Of a stretch of 64,000 bases of DNA, positions 37,282 to 47,511 are shown piece after piece. This DNA comes from an uncultured Nitrososphaerota archaeon (GTDB taxonomy: Archaea > Thermoproteota > Nitrososphaeria > Nitrososphaerales > Gagatemarchaeaceae). Location of the stretch: positions 672,001 through 736,000 of the forward strand of contig OY969807.1 in the NCBI GenBank assembly GCA_963703285.1, given 5' to 3'. The notes below the pieces were generated by a model that ran no database searches, had not been told where the DNA came from, and was given only the letters and a program-made list of their open reading frames with translations. Position 1 is the stretch's first letter, and the number at the start of each line of letters is the position of its first letter. The position numbers were made by a program, and so were the translations under genes.

Positions 37282-38708
37282 AGGAGAAGGTGGGGGCGGC
37301 GAAGAAGGCGAAGATCGGGCTTGAGGTTCACTGTCAACTCACGGCCCTGAGGACCAAGCTCTTCTGCTCGTGCTCCTCCGACTACAGGGGGAGGCCGCCA
37401 AACCAGTTGGTCTGTCCGGTCTGCTTCGGCCTGCCCGGGACCCTCCCCGTGCTCAACGGAAAGGCGGTCGAGTACGCGGTCATGATAGCCGATGCCCTCG
37501 GATGCAGGGTTGCTCGCGAGACCACCTTCTACAGGAAGAACTACTTCTATCCGGACCTGCCCAAGAACTTCCAGATCAGCCAGTACGACAAGGCCGGCGG
37601 CGTGCCCATCGCCTCAGGGGGCTCCGTCCACGTGGGCGGGAAGGCGGTGAGGATCCGAAGGATACAGCTCGAGGAGGACCCAGGGAAGCTGACCTACGAG
37701 GGCACGATCGAGAAGTCGTCCTACAGCCTCGTCGACTACAACAGAGCGGGGATTGCGCTCGTCGAGATCGTCACCGAGCCGGATTTCGAGTCGGCCAGAG
37801 AGGCGAAGGCCTTCCTCGAGAAGCTTCGAGGGACCGTCGAGGCACTCGGCGTCTCCGACGGGGAGCTCGAAGGGTCGATGAGGTGCGACGCCAACGTCTC
37901 TGTGGGAGGAGGAGCGCGGGTCGAGGTGAAGAACATCTCTTCATTCAGAGAGGTCGAGAAGGCGCTCAACTACGAGGTGCTGAGGCAGGGAACCTTCGCG
38001 GGGAAGAGTGGGGGCGCGAACGAGACACGCCACTGGGACGAGAGGCGCAGTATCACCATCGCTTTGAGGACGAAGGAGGGCGAGCAGGACTACCGTTACT
38101 TCCCCGAGCCTGACCTGCCCGCGGTCCTTCTCAGCGATGATTTCCTGGCGGCTGCGAGGAGGGCCGCCCCCGAAGTTCCGGAGGTGAGGGCCCAGAGGTA
38201 CGTGGACGAGTACGGCCTGAGCGAGCAGACGGCGAGGGCGCTATCCCGGGACCCGAGGCTCTCGCGCTTCTTCGAGGAGACGGCCAAGGCCTTCGGGAAC
38301 GCCGCCGAGACAGCGAACTGGCTCCTCGGCGAGGTCAGGGAGGAGGAGAGGCAGAAGCTGGTCGGACCTGACGCCCGGGTGACGCCTCGGGGTCTTGCGG
38401 AGCTCCTTGGCAGATTGCGGAATGGCGGCCTGACCAGGACGCAGGCGAGAAGGATCTTCCGGGAGATGATCTCCGAGGGGAAGAGCGCGTCGCAGATGGC
38501 GGACCTCCAGGTCGAGGGCGTCATCAAGGACGAGGACGTAATCCTGGACCTCGTCGGGAGGGTCTTGACGGATGAGAAGGCCATCGAACAGGCGAGGAAG
38601 AACCCCAAGGCCCTCAACTACCTGGTCGGACAGGTTCTCGGGCTGGAGCCGAGGGCAGACCCGGCTCTCGTCGCCAGGACCCTGGCGCGCGCTATCCGCA
38701 AACCCTAA
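37278..38708 (+). CDS. gatB: Asp/Glu-tRNA amidotransferase subunit B
   Basis: IGLEVHCQL, RKNYFYPDLPK, DYNRAG, RCDANVS, YRYFPEPDL. Confidence 0.95.
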   Translation: MKEKVGAAKKAKIGLEVHCQLTALRTKLFCSCSSDYRGRPPNQLVCPVCFGLPGTLPVLNGKAVEYAVMIADALGCRVARETTFYRKNYFYPDLPKNFQISQYDKAGGVPIASGGSVHVGGKAVRIRRIQLEEDPGKLTYEGTIEKSSYSLVDYNRAGIALVEIVTEPDFESAREAKAFLEKLRGTVEALGVSDGELEGSMRCDANVSVGGGARVEVKNISSFREVEKALNYEVLRQGTFAGKSGGANETRHWDERRSITIALRTKEGEQDYRYFPEPDLPAVLLSDDFLAAARRAAPEVPEVRAQRYVDEYGLSEQTARALSRDPRLSRFFEETAKAFGNAAETANWLLGEVREEERQKLVGPDARVTPRGLAELLGRLRNGGLTRTQARRIFREMISEGKSASQMADLQVEGVIKDEDVILDLVGRVLTDEKAIEQARKNPKALNYLVGQVLGLEPRADPALVARTLARAIRKP

Positions 38709-38758
38709 GAATCCTCGGGCTGCCTTATGAGGCCCCCTCGGTTGGAGGGCCCGAGCAC

Positions 38759-39517
38759 GTGATGCGTGTGAGCTCTCTTTTCAGCGACTACGATGGAACT
38801 CTGGCGAGGGACGACATCCCCCCGGAGGGCTCTGGGGTTGCCGAGGGGCTCGAAAGGGTGCTTCGCAGAATCGCACTCCGTATCCCTCTCGTGATAGTCA
38901 CGTCAAAAGACAGCTCGTTCATCCGGAGGAAGATCCCGTACGCGCGGGCCTGGGGGTGCGCCGCGGGGCTGGAGCTGGTCTATCCCGAAGGGCCGACGCT
39001 TCTGTGCATACCAAGCACCCAAACGGAGTCGTGCCTCGAGACCGTCCGAGGAGCCCTGAAGAGCGCGCGGCTGGAGGAGAAGCGGAGCCTTTCGGGCGAC
39101 CTCCTGGGATTCAGCATCGACTGGAGGGGAGGCAAGCGACCAGAAGGGCTCGACGGTATCCTCGACGATTTGCGGAGGCCGGGGACCTTTGCCCTCGAGG
39201 ATCCGACGCGCCCGTATGTGGACGTCTACGCGGCGCGTCCCGACAAGGGGCGGGCGCTGAGGCTGATGCGCGACAGGCTGGGGGCAAAGGGTCCCGCCAT
39301 GTACCTGGGGGACTCGAGCTCGGACGACCCCGCGTTCTGCGAGGCCGACCTCGGGATAGGCGTCTACCACGGACAAGGCACGGCAGGGCTGGCCTGCGAT
39401 TTCTGGGTCGACCAGGGGCGGCTGAAGACCTTCCTCGCCTCGCTCGAGGCGCGCGATTTCGAGTTCGATGAGGAGTTGGCGGGAGTGCCAGGTCGAGGAG
39501 GTGTCGGACCATGCTGA
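38759..39517 (+). CDS. HAD-IIB family phosphatase (trehalose/sucrose-phosphate phosphatase-like)
   Basis: SDYDGTL, VTS, DKG, YLGDSSSDDPAF. Confidence 0.8.
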   Translation: MMRVSSLFSDYDGTLARDDIPPEGSGVAEGLERVLRRIALRIPLVIVTSKDSSFIRRKIPYARAWGCAAGLELVYPEGPTLLCIPSTQTESCLETVRGALKSARLEEKRSLSGDLLGFSIDWRGGKRPEGLDGILDDLRRPGTFALEDPTRPYVDVYAARPDKGRALRLMRDRLGAKGPAMYLGDSSSDDPAFCEADLGIGVYHGQGTAGLACDFWVDQGRLKTFLASLEARDFEFDEELAGVPGRGGVGPC

Positions 39518-41253
39518 GGGTGGGCGTGATAATGTATCAGACGAGCTTGACGAAGGGGCAGGAGCTCGTGGCGCAGAGGATGGTGGAGGAGTTCAGGAGG
39601 CAGGGGGAGGAAGCGTTCCTGATAACGAGCGTTTTCCAAGACTGGGAGCTCGTCGTCGGGCCGGAGCAGATAGAGGAGAGGGGAGGGTACGTGACCCTCT
39701 TCGACGAGAGGCTGAGGATACCCGTGATCCGCGTCAGGAGCACCCTCGCCAGCTGGCCGCCCAGGAGAATCTCTTTCGTCGATTTCATCGCCACCCTGAC
39801 GAAGATCGTCGACGACCTCAAGCTGAACGTCCTGGTCACGCATTCGACCCTGTGGAACGGACCGGAGGAGGCGGCAAAGTTCGTCGAGTGGAGGCGAAAC
39901 CTGGCCAAGAAAGGCGCGCCCTTTCGCCGGGTCGTGCTCTGCCACATGAGCCACTTCCAGGAGGCCGACGAAGAGCGGTACACCGTCGTCGAGAGGACAT
40001 ACAGGGAGACCTGGAACCAGGTCAGCCTCTCCCAGATAGTGCAAGAGGCGGATATTCTACTCGTAACGACGCCGCTGGAAAAGCAGGCCATGGAGCGGCT
40101 GGGCGCCCCGCCGGAGAAGTGCATCCTGTTCCCGGGAGGGATAGTCCTGCCACGGGAGACGCTCTCCTCAGCCGGGGACCTGGCGAGGCTCGGGATACCT
40201 TCAGGCAAGAAGCTCGTCACGGTCCTCGGGACGGTGGAGGAGCGAAAGAACGATCTCGCGGTGCTAGAGGTGGCCGGGATGATGAGACCGCGAAGGGACG
40301 TTCAGTTTGTCATAGCGGGGAAGCTAGAGGGTGATTACGGCGAGAAGGTCGCGGACGGAGCAGCCGGCCTCGAGAACGTCTCCCTGGTTGGACCGGTCAG
40401 TGACGCGGAGAAGGGCGAGCTCATCAGGCGTTCCTACGTCGACCTCACGCTCAGCCGCTCCGAGGCTCTCGGGCTCGCGCAGATGGAGTTCATATACTCG
40501 GACGTCCCCGTGGTCACTTCCGGAGTGGGGGGACAGTCCTGGGTCGTACGGGACGGGACGAACGGGGTTGTGCTCGGCGGTCCCGACGACATCGAGGGCG
40601 CAGTGGAAGCAATCTCGGCGCTGCTGGATGACAGGGGTCTGAGGGAGGGGATGGGAAGGAGGGCGAAGGATTCCGTCAGACCCTACTCCATGGCAGCCCT
40701 GATTCGCAACCTCATCAGGAAGCTGATCCGGATCGTCGAGGGCTCGCACGGTGAAACCATCGCGGTGGGTCCCGAAGAGGAGGTAATCGACTCGATGATC
40801 GGCAGCCGGGAGAAGGTCGTGGTCACGAACAAGAGGCTGATCCTCTCTCCCCTTGACGAGCGGAGAGAGCCCATCGAGATCCCCTACGAGGAGATCGTGA
40901 AGATAACGCGCCGCCGGAGGGTAGCCTGGAGGGTCGTCGCCATAGGGGCGGCATCCATGGTTCTGCTGCTAGCCGCGGCCGTTGCGATGCCTGCGCTGGC
41001 GGGGTTGCTACCGCGCGCCCTGGCTCGGGCGCTCGTCCCGAAGCCGGGAGTGCCCTCGACCCTCGCGGTCGTCGCGATCGTCATGGCGCCCCTCCTCGCT
41101 TCGATCGGGGCCCTGGTCCTGACGAGGAGGGACGAGTTCAGGATACATCGCTCCAACTCCTCGCCTGTGCACGTGCCAGGAGAGTTCTCGCGGCTGTTGA
41201 GGATAGTGGATAAGCTCGCCCCCCGCGACTTGATGGACTACCCCGACGACTGA
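39511..41253 (+). CDS. GT4 family glycosyltransferase with C-terminal 2-TM/beta extension
   Basis: GTVEERKN, SRSEALGLAQME, PVVTSGVGG; two TM helices in the C-terminal part. Confidence 0.8.
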   Translation: MLRVGVIMYQTSLTKGQELVAQRMVEEFRRQGEEAFLITSVFQDWELVVGPEQIEERGGYVTLFDERLRIPVIRVRSTLASWPPRRISFVDFIATLTKIVDDLKLNVLVTHSTLWNGPEEAAKFVEWRRNLAKKGAPFRRVVLCHMSHFQEADEERYTVVERTYRETWNQVSLSQIVQEADILLVTTPLEKQAMERLGAPPEKCILFPGGIVLPRETLSSAGDLARLGIPSGKKLVTVLGTVEERKNDLAVLEVAGMMRPRRDVQFVIAGKLEGDYGEKVADGAAGLENVSLVGPVSDAEKGELIRRSYVDLTLSRSEALGLAQMEFIYSDVPVVTSGVGGQSWVVRDGTNGVVLGGPDDIEGAVEAISALLDDRGLREGMGRRAKDSVRPYSMAALIRNLIRKLIRIVEGSHGETIAVGPEEEVIDSMIGSREKVVVTNKRLILSPLDERREPIEIPYEEIVKITRRRRVAWRVVAIGAASMVLLLAAAVAMPALAGLLPRALARALVPKPGVPSTLAVVAIVMAPLLASIGALVLTRRDEFRIHRSNSSPVHVPGEFSRLLRIVDKLAPRDLMDYPDD

Positions 41254-41309
41254 GAGCGGCCTCCGTCAAGCGACAGACATTTATCGCCGCGGGAGGCGGC
41301 AGGGCAGAT

Positions 41310-41966
41310 TTGTCCAAGAGCTTGGACACCCTGTCTGATTCCAAGACATTCAGGCGCGGATTCGACCATGTGAGGCGCCGCGACCCCGTACTCGGCAGGG
41401 TGATGGAGAGTCACGGCGTCGTCGATTTCAGGGCCGAGGGAGACATCTTCGAGTCGATCGTCGAGTCTATCCTCTCCCAGCAGCTCGCGGGCGCGGCCGC
41501 CAACTCCATCATCCGGAAGGTCAGGGCCATCTACCCCGAAGGAAAGTTAGAGGCCGAGCCTCTGCTCAGGACGCCCGCCCGGCGGCTGCGGTCGGCCGGC
41601 GTCTCACCGCAGAAGCTCTCGTATCTGAGGGACCTTTCGAGGAAGGTCTCGAAGGGGAAGATTGACCTCGAAGCACTGAGGACCCTTGAGGACGACGAGA
41701 TAATCAGAATCCTCGACGAGGTGAAGGGAGTGGGTCCCTGGACGGTGCAGATGCTTCTCATATTCACTCTCGGCCGCGTCGACGTGCTGCCCGTCGACGA
41801 CCTGGGCGTCAGGAAGGGCATCCAGGGCGTCTATTCGTTGGAGAGCCTTCCCACGAGGGAAGAGATCGAGAAGATCGCCGAGAGCTGGCACCCGTACAGA
41901 ACTGTGGCCTCGCTCTACCTCTGGCGCTACAAGGACGCCGCAGGGAAGGAGGCTGAAGGAAGATAG
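41310..41966 (+). CDS. alkA: DNA-3-methyladenine glycosylase II
   Basis: ILSQQL, KGVGPWT, PVDDLGV, WHPYRTVASLYLW. Confidence 0.88.
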   Translation: MSKSLDTLSDSKTFRRGFDHVRRRDPVLGRVMESHGVVDFRAEGDIFESIVESILSQQLAGAAANSIIRKVRAIYPEGKLEAEPLLRTPARRLRSAGVSPQKLSYLRDLSRKVSKGKIDLEALRTLEDDEIIRILDEVKGVGPWTVQMLLIFTLGRVDVLPVDDLGVRKGIQGVYSLESLPTREEIEKIAESWHPYRTVASLYLWRYKDAAGKEAEGR

Positions 41967-42838
41967 GCTCTCGAAGCGCCGGTACCGGCAGCTACAAGGG
42001 CTACCCCGACCCGTCGCACATCATCTCCGTTGAGGAGGCCTCGGGTTTGCTAGGGAACCATGACGTTGTCTTTGTCGACACGAGGAACTACTGGATGTAC
42101 GCCGAGGGGCACATCCCCGGGGCTGTCGACCTGGAGCTCTACGCGTTCCACTGGTTCGACACATCGAGGGAGGGGCTGGAGACGTTCGCGGCGGAGATGT
42201 CCAAGCTCCTCGGCTCGTACGGGATCGACAATCAGAAGCAGGTCGTCTTCTATCAGGACGACAGCGGGTACGATGCCGCGAGGGGCGTGTGGCTTCTCGA
42301 GTTCCTCGGGAACAGGAACGGGCGCTTGCTCGACGGCGGCCTGAACCTGTGGAAGAGGATGGGGAAGAAGCTCTCGAAGGACGATCCTGCGGTGGGTCGT
42401 GCCACGTTCGTCCCGAGGATGGACATGGACGCCGTCTGCGGGCTCGAAGAACTGAAGGAAGGCATCGGAAGGCAGGGCCTCGAGGTCGTGGATGTGCGAT
42501 CCCCGGGAGAGTTCGACGGAACCAACAGAAGGGCGCTCAAGGGGGGACACGTCCCGGGAGCTGTGAACCTGGAGTGGAAGAGCGCGCTGCGGGAGGATGG
42601 GACGCTCAAGGACGCAAGGGAGCTCGCCGCAGTCTACGGCTCTCTGAGACCTCGGAGCGACATCGTGACCTACTGCCAGAGCGGTTTTAGGGCCTCGCAT
42701 TCGTGGCTGGTGCTCAGGCTCCTCGGGTTCGAGAGGGTCAGGAACTACCTGGGATCGTGGTACGAATGGGGGAACAGCCCCGACACTCCGGTGGAGTGGG
42801 GCGGATCCGTCCGCAATCCAAGCGCTGAGGCGCCCTGA
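41963..42838 (+). CDS. Tandem-rhodanese sulfurtransferase, probable ATA start
   Basis: GHIPGA, GHVPGA, YCQSGFRA, YLGSWYEW; plausible N-terminus GYPDPSHIISVEE lies upstream of TTG 42047. Confidence 0.85.
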   Translation: MGSRSAGTGSYKGYPDPSHIISVEEASGLLGNHDVVFVDTRNYWMYAEGHIPGAVDLELYAFHWFDTSREGLETFAAEMSKLLGSYGIDNQKQVVFYQDDSGYDAARGVWLLEFLGNRNGRLLDGGLNLWKRMGKKLSKDDPAVGRATFVPRMDMDAVCGLEELKEGIGRQGLEVVDVRSPGEFDGTNRRALKGGHVPGAVNLEWKSALREDGTLKDARELAAVYGSLRPRSDIVTYCQSGFRASHSWLVLRLLGFERVRNYLGSWYEWGNSPDTPVEWGGSVRNPSAEAP

Positions 42839-42884
42839 AGGCCCCCGACAAAGGCTAAATCGCATCCTCGCGGGCGGGTCCCGC

Positions 42885-43325
42885 ATGGACATCACGCAGG
42901 CGGACATCTCGTCCAAGCCCGTCTGGTACAGGGAGGCCTCGGCCTGGGGGAGGATTCGTCTGAGGCCCGAGACGGTGAGGCGTGTGAAGGAGGGCAAGCT
43001 CGAGAAGGGTGACGGAATCGCGATAGCCAAGACGATGGCCGTGATGGGCGCGAAGAAGACGCCCGAGATGCTCGCCCTCTGCCATCCCCTGAGGATCGAG
43101 AGCACCAGGGTGCAGACCAAGCTCAACAGGGACTCCATCGAGGTAACCGTGACCGTGGCCGCGCACGAGAAGACGGGGGTCGAGATGGAGGCCCTCACCG
43201 CCGTCAGCGTGGCGCTTCTCAACATCTGGGACGTCGTGAAGGCCTACGAGAAGGACAGCGGCGGGCAGTACCCGTCGACCACGATAGAGGGGATCAAGGT
43301 CCTGAAGAAGGTCAAGCACCAATGA
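42885..43325 (+). CDS. moaC: Cyclic pyranopterin monophosphate synthase
   Basis: DISSKP, KGD, LCHPL, TGVEMEAL, DVVK. Confidence 0.92.
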   Translation: MDITQADISSKPVWYREASAWGRIRLRPETVRRVKEGKLEKGDGIAIAKTMAVMGAKKTPEMLALCHPLRIESTRVQTKLNRDSIEVTVTVAAHEKTGVEMEALTAVSVALLNIWDVVKAYEKDSGGQYPSTTIEGIKVLKKVKHQ

Positions 43326-43858
43326 AACCGAAGCCGCAGGATGAGCACAGGCACGAGGCCCCGAGCAAGCTCGGCGTCCACTTAGTGACCGTGAGCTCTA
43401 GCAGGTATTACAAGAAGGAGCGCGGGGCTCGGTTCACAGATGAATCCGGGGACCTCGCTGAGAAGCTCCTCGAGAAGGCGGGGCACGAAGTCCTCGTCCG
43501 TGAACTGATATCCGACGACAAGCAGATGCTAAAGGATTCCTTCGATAGAGCCGCGCTGGAGAACGACGTCGACCTCGTCCTGTTCTTGGGGGGGACGGGA
43601 GTCTCGCCCCGCGACATAACAGTGGACGTCATTCGTCCCCTCATCGAGAAGGAGCTGTTGGGATTCGGCGAACTGCTTCGGTCCATCAGCTACGCGAAGA
43701 TGGGAGTCCCTGCCCTATTGAGCCGCGCGACCGGCGGGGTTTCTCAAGGAAAGCTGATACTCTGCCTCCCCGGTTCACCCGACGGAGTCGAGACGGCGCT
43801 AAACCTCTTCCTGCCCGAGATTCCCCACGCAATCTACCTCGCCAAGAAGAGACCATAG
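43322..43858 (+). CDS. moaB: Molybdopterin adenylyltransferase MoaB/MogA
   Basis: DESG, GGTGVSPRDIT, LSRATGG, LPGSP. Confidence 0.9.
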   Translation: MKPKPQDEHRHEAPSKLGVHLVTVSSSRYYKKERGARFTDESGDLAEKLLEKAGHEVLVRELISDDKQMLKDSFDRAALENDVDLVLFLGGTGVSPRDITVDVIRPLIEKELLGFGELLRSISYAKMGVPALLSRATGGVSQGKLILCLPGSPDGVETALNLFLPEIPHAIYLAKKRP

Positions 43859-43941
43859 AGCCCGCCAGATTCTGGCGCGTTTAACCCGCTCGATGCGGGC
43901 GCAGCAGCTGGCCACCGCCTCGGTCTCTCGCAGGGGCGGGC

Positions 43942-44994
43942 CTACCCTTGTTGGCTGTAGGCGACCATGCTGACCATCCCCGCGACCCTGAAGGCTATGT
44001 CCTTGAAGGTGAGGCTCTCCGGAGAGTCAGGCGCGGCAAGCACGATGGGGACACCGAGGTCGGACTGCACCCTTATGCTCGGATGGAGCGGAATCTCCCC
44101 TAGGAACTGGACCCCGAGCGTCTCGGAAGCAAGCCTCCCGCCGCCGGAGGAGAATATGTCGGACCTCTCGCCACAGTGGGGACAGACGAAGTAGCTCATG
44201 TTCTCGACCAGGCCCAGGATGGGCACGTTGAGCTTCCTGAACATCCCCACGGCCTTCGTGGCGATGTTTAGCGCGGCGTCTTGGGGAGTCGTGACGATGA
44301 CCACGCCGCCCAGCGGGACGGTCTGCGCGAGGGTGAGCCCGGAGTCCCCCGAGCCCGGCGGCAGGTCGCACACGAGGTAGTCGAGGTCGCCCCACTGGAC
44401 CTGCGTCAGGAGCTGCCTCACGGCTCCAGCCACCATGGGCCCCCTCCAGACGAGCGCGGTCTCGTCCTTGTAGAAGAGCCCCAGCGAGACGACCTTCACA
44501 CCGTGCGCCACCACAGGAATGATGGTGTCGTCCTTCGTGCGCGGACGCTCTCTGACGCCCATCATGAGCGGCAGGTTGGGGCCGTAGACGTCCGCGTCGA
44601 GCAGGCCCACCCTCGCGCCCGACCCGGCCAGCGCCAGAGCGAGGTTCACGGCCACGGTGGACTTGCCCACACCCCCCTTCCCGCTTGCGACCGCTATGAT
44701 GTTCTTCACCCCCTTCAGCATCTCCGTCTCGTCTGCCTTGTGGGTCGCCGCCACCTGCGCCGAGACCTTCATCTCCACGGTCTTGACGCCCGCTATCGAT
44801 GCGACGGCCTGCCTGGCTTCGTTCTCGATGCGCGACCGGAGGGGGCAGGCGGGCGTGGTGAGGTTGAGCGTGAACGAGACACTGTCGCCCTCGACGGAGA
44901 CCTCCTGAACCATGTTGAGCGCCACGAGGTCCTTCCCCAGCTCCGGGTCGGTTACGCGCTGGAGCGCCTTCGTGACCTCCTCCCTGGAAACCAT
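43942..44994 (-). CDS. mrp: Mrp/NBP35 (ApbC) Fe-S carrier ATPase
   Basis: DPELGKD...TPACP, SGKGGVGKST, WRGPM, ENMSYFVCPHC. Confidence 0.92.
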   Translation of the reverse strand: MVSREEVTKALQRVTDPELGKDLVALNMVQEVSVEGDSVSFTLNLTTPACPLRSRIENEARQAVASIAGVKTVEMKVSAQVAATHKADETEMLKGVKNIIAVASGKGGVGKSTVAVNLALALAGSGARVGLLDADVYGPNLPLMMGVRERPRTKDDTIIPVVAHGVKVVSLGLFYKDETALVWRGPMVAGAVRQLLTQVQWGDLDYLVCDLPPGSGDSGLTLAQTVPLGGVVIVTTPQDAALNIATKAVGMFRKLNVPILGLVENMSYFVCPHCGERSDIFSSGGGRLASETLGVQFLGEIPLHPSIRVQSDLGVPIVLAAPDSPESLTFKDIAFRVAGMVSMVAYSQQG

Positions 44995-45121
44995 GGAAAA
45001 GGGCCCCCTCGCTCCGATTAAAGCTTTGGCTCTCCTGTTCTGTCAACCGCTCGTCAACCGTTGGAGCCCCGGGCAATTCCAAGCTTTCATAAACGTCCTC
45101 CTCATGGGGCCATCGCTCGAA

Positions 45122-45874
45122 ATGGACGGCGCAGTGACGGTCCTTCCCCTGAGGGGGATCCCCAGGGTGAAGCCGGGAGACAATCTCGTCCGGCTCCTGA
45201 TACGGTCCTTCCAGGACAGCGGCGTTGAGCTCCAAGACTCGGACGTCGTCGTGATCACACAGAAGGTCGTCTCCAAGGCGGAGGGGAGGGTCGTGAGGAT
45301 CGAGGGTGTGCGCCCGGGGAAGAGAGCCAGCCTGCTCGCGGAGGAGCTCCGGAAAGACCCGCGGACGGTGCAGGTCATACTCAGGGAGTCCAAGAGGATC
45401 GTCCGGAAGGGGCACGGAGTCCTCATTACCGAGACCAAGCACGGCTTCGTCTGCGCAAACGCGGGAATCGACCAGTCGAACGTGGAAGAGGGGTACCTGA
45501 CGCTCCTCCCCGAGGACCCGGACAGGAGCGCCAGGAAGATAAGAAAGAGCCTCGAGAGGGCGACCGGGAAGAAGCTGGCGGTGGTGATAACGGACACGTT
45601 CGGCAGACCGTGGCGGGACGGACAGGTCGATGTCGCCATAGGCTGTTCTGGCGTCGCTCCGCTGGAGGACCTGGTCGGGACGACTGACCCCTATGGCCAC
45701 CTGCTGAGGGTGACACAGCCCGCCATCGCGGACGAGATCGCCTCCGCGTCCGAGCTGGTGATGAGGAAGCACTCGATGACCCCTGCGGCCGTTGTGCGAG
45801 GGGTCTCTTACAGGCGCGGTTACCGCGGCGTTCGGACCATCGTGAGGGAATGGAGGTCTGACCTCTTCAGGTGA
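45122..45874 (+). CDS. cofE: Coenzyme F420-0:L-glutamate ligase
   Basis: QKVVSKAEGR, CANAGIDQSN, ITDTFGRPWR, ADEIASA. Confidence 0.93.
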   Translation: MDGAVTVLPLRGIPRVKPGDNLVRLLIRSFQDSGVELQDSDVVVITQKVVSKAEGRVVRIEGVRPGKRASLLAEELRKDPRTVQVILRESKRIVRKGHGVLITETKHGFVCANAGIDQSNVEEGYLTLLPEDPDRSARKIRKSLERATGKKLAVVITDTFGRPWRDGQVDVAIGCSGVAPLEDLVGTTDPYGHLLRVTQPAIADEIASASELVMRKHSMTPAAVVRGVSYRRGYRGVRTIVREWRSDLFR

Positions 45875-45881
45875 TCGGCAT

Positions 45882-46796
45882 TTGAGAATGGCGGTCCTGG
45901 CCGGGGGGACCGGGTCTGCCAAGCTCCTCCGGGGCCTGAAGGATGACGGTGGAGAATTCTCGGTCATCTCCAACGTCGGCGACAACTTCTGGTGTCACGG
46001 CCTCTACGTGGCCCCGGACGTGGACATCGCCGTCTACACCCTAGCCGGGATAGAGGACAGTGCCAGAGGGTGGGGCATCAGGGATGATACCTTCAACTCG
46101 CTGGGACAGCTTGGGAGGATGGGCGAGGAGACGTGGTTCAACCTCGGCGACAGGGACCTCGCGACCCACATCTTCAGGACAGAACTGATGGCGCGGGGCA
46201 AGAGGCTCGGCGACATAACGGACACCATCTGTGAGAGGCTCGGGGTGAAGCAGAAGGTCATCCCGTGCACGGATGACAGGCTCGAGACCTTCATAGCGAC
46301 AAGGACGGGAGCGATGCACCTGCAGGAGTTCTGGGTTAAGAACGGGGGAGAGCCTGAGGTCATCGGCGTCGAGTACAGGGGCGAGGAAGGGGCGAGGCCC
46401 GAGCAGAGAGCAATCGAGTCGTTGGAGAGGGCGGAGAGGATAGTATTCTGCCCCGCGAACCCCGTCACGAGCTTGATGCCCATCCTTGCGGTCAGAGGAA
46501 TCAGGCAGACAATCGAGATGAGCAAGGCGAGGAGGATCGCAATCTCGCCGATCGTGGCCGATGGGCCGGTCAACGGGCCGGCCGGCAAGCTGATGAGGGC
46601 CATAGGTGCAGAGGTGAGCTCCGCAGGGGTCGCGGCGCTCTACAAGGGCCTGATCGACTGCATGCTGATAGACCCCGCGGACCACGCCGAAGGCGAAGCC
46701 ATCGAGCGCATGGGAATCGAGGTGGCGGAGTGTCCAATCGTGATGCGCGGTCGCGGGGGCGAGGTCCGGTTGGCCCGGGAAGTCACGAAGGTTTGA
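45882..46796 (+). CDS. cofD: 2-phospho-L-lactate transferase
   Basis: LAGGTGSAKLL, NVGD, PDVD, LGDRDLATH, HLQEFWV, NPVTS. Confidence 0.93.
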   Translation: MRMAVLAGGTGSAKLLRGLKDDGGEFSVISNVGDNFWCHGLYVAPDVDIAVYTLAGIEDSARGWGIRDDTFNSLGQLGRMGEETWFNLGDRDLATHIFRTELMARGKRLGDITDTICERLGVKQKVIPCTDDRLETFIATRTGAMHLQEFWVKNGGEPEVIGVEYRGEEGARPEQRAIESLERAERIVFCPANPVTSLMPILAVRGIRQTIEMSKARRIAISPIVADGPVNGPAGKLMRAIGAEVSSAGVAALYKGLIDCMLIDPADHAEGEAIERMGIEVAECPIVMRGRGGEVRLAREVTKV

Positions 46797-46808
46797 GCGA
46801 TTCCGAGG

Positions 46809-47503
46809 TCAGGCTTCCCGGTCTGGATCCGTCGTCCGTCTCTCCTGGACGGTGCGTTCCAGTCTCCGTGTCTGCCTGAGAGTCCTCTCGAGGAAGTTCA
46901 TGGTGCTGTTCCTCCTGCCGAACCTGAAGTACCTGTGCACGTCGCCTGCGTGGTCTATGTCGAAGGCTACGTTCTCGGAGTAATAGACCGCGGCCCGGGC
47001 CGCGGTCAGCGTCGCCTCTCTCACGTGCTTGTTGAAGCTGTCGTCGTCGTAGTGTAGCGGGATCCTCCGCTTCCTCGTCATCAGGAGGAGGTTGGTTCCG
47101 CTGTAGTCCTCTGAGGGAGAGACGATTATGGGCGATCCCATCCTGTGAAGAGCGAAGACGGTCTTGATGTCGCTCGCCGAGATTAGGGGCAGGTCGGCGG
47201 GGAGTATGAGCCACCCGTCGTAGCTGGAGAGCCTACCAATCGCCGCCTCCACCGCTTCGTTGACCCCGGCGTCGCGCTCCTCCTCTATTGAGCCGACGCC
47301 GTAGCGGCCTGCGAACTTCAGGATCTCCGGGTCTGAAGAGACCACGTAGGTCTGGGCGCTCTTCTTCGCCTTTGAGAGGGCCAGAAGCGTGTCCTCGAGC
47401 ATCGCGACCTGCAGCTGCTTCCTCTCGCGCGCCCGAAGAGCGAGGACAGCCTCGCCTTCGGGTTTGAACCCTTCACAGGGACTATCAGGGCGATCTTGTT
47501 CAA
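46809..47503 (-). CDS. cofC: 2-phospho-L-lactate/PEP guanylyltransferase with a 1-nt deletion in a G run near 47433
   Basis: IVPVKGSNPKARLS then AMLEDTL, PADLP, GTN, FDID. Confidence 0.82.
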
Positions 47504-47511
47504 CGCTCCAT

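Noticed and set aside
44027-45985. 652-aa minus-strand ORF and other long alternative-frame ORFs (e.g. 5828-6916, 18350-19522, 42050-43225, 48728-50032, 54125-55429)
   Set aside because: They are shadow ORFs overlapping clearly identifiable genes, mostly Arg/Pro/Gly-rich, as expected at high GC.
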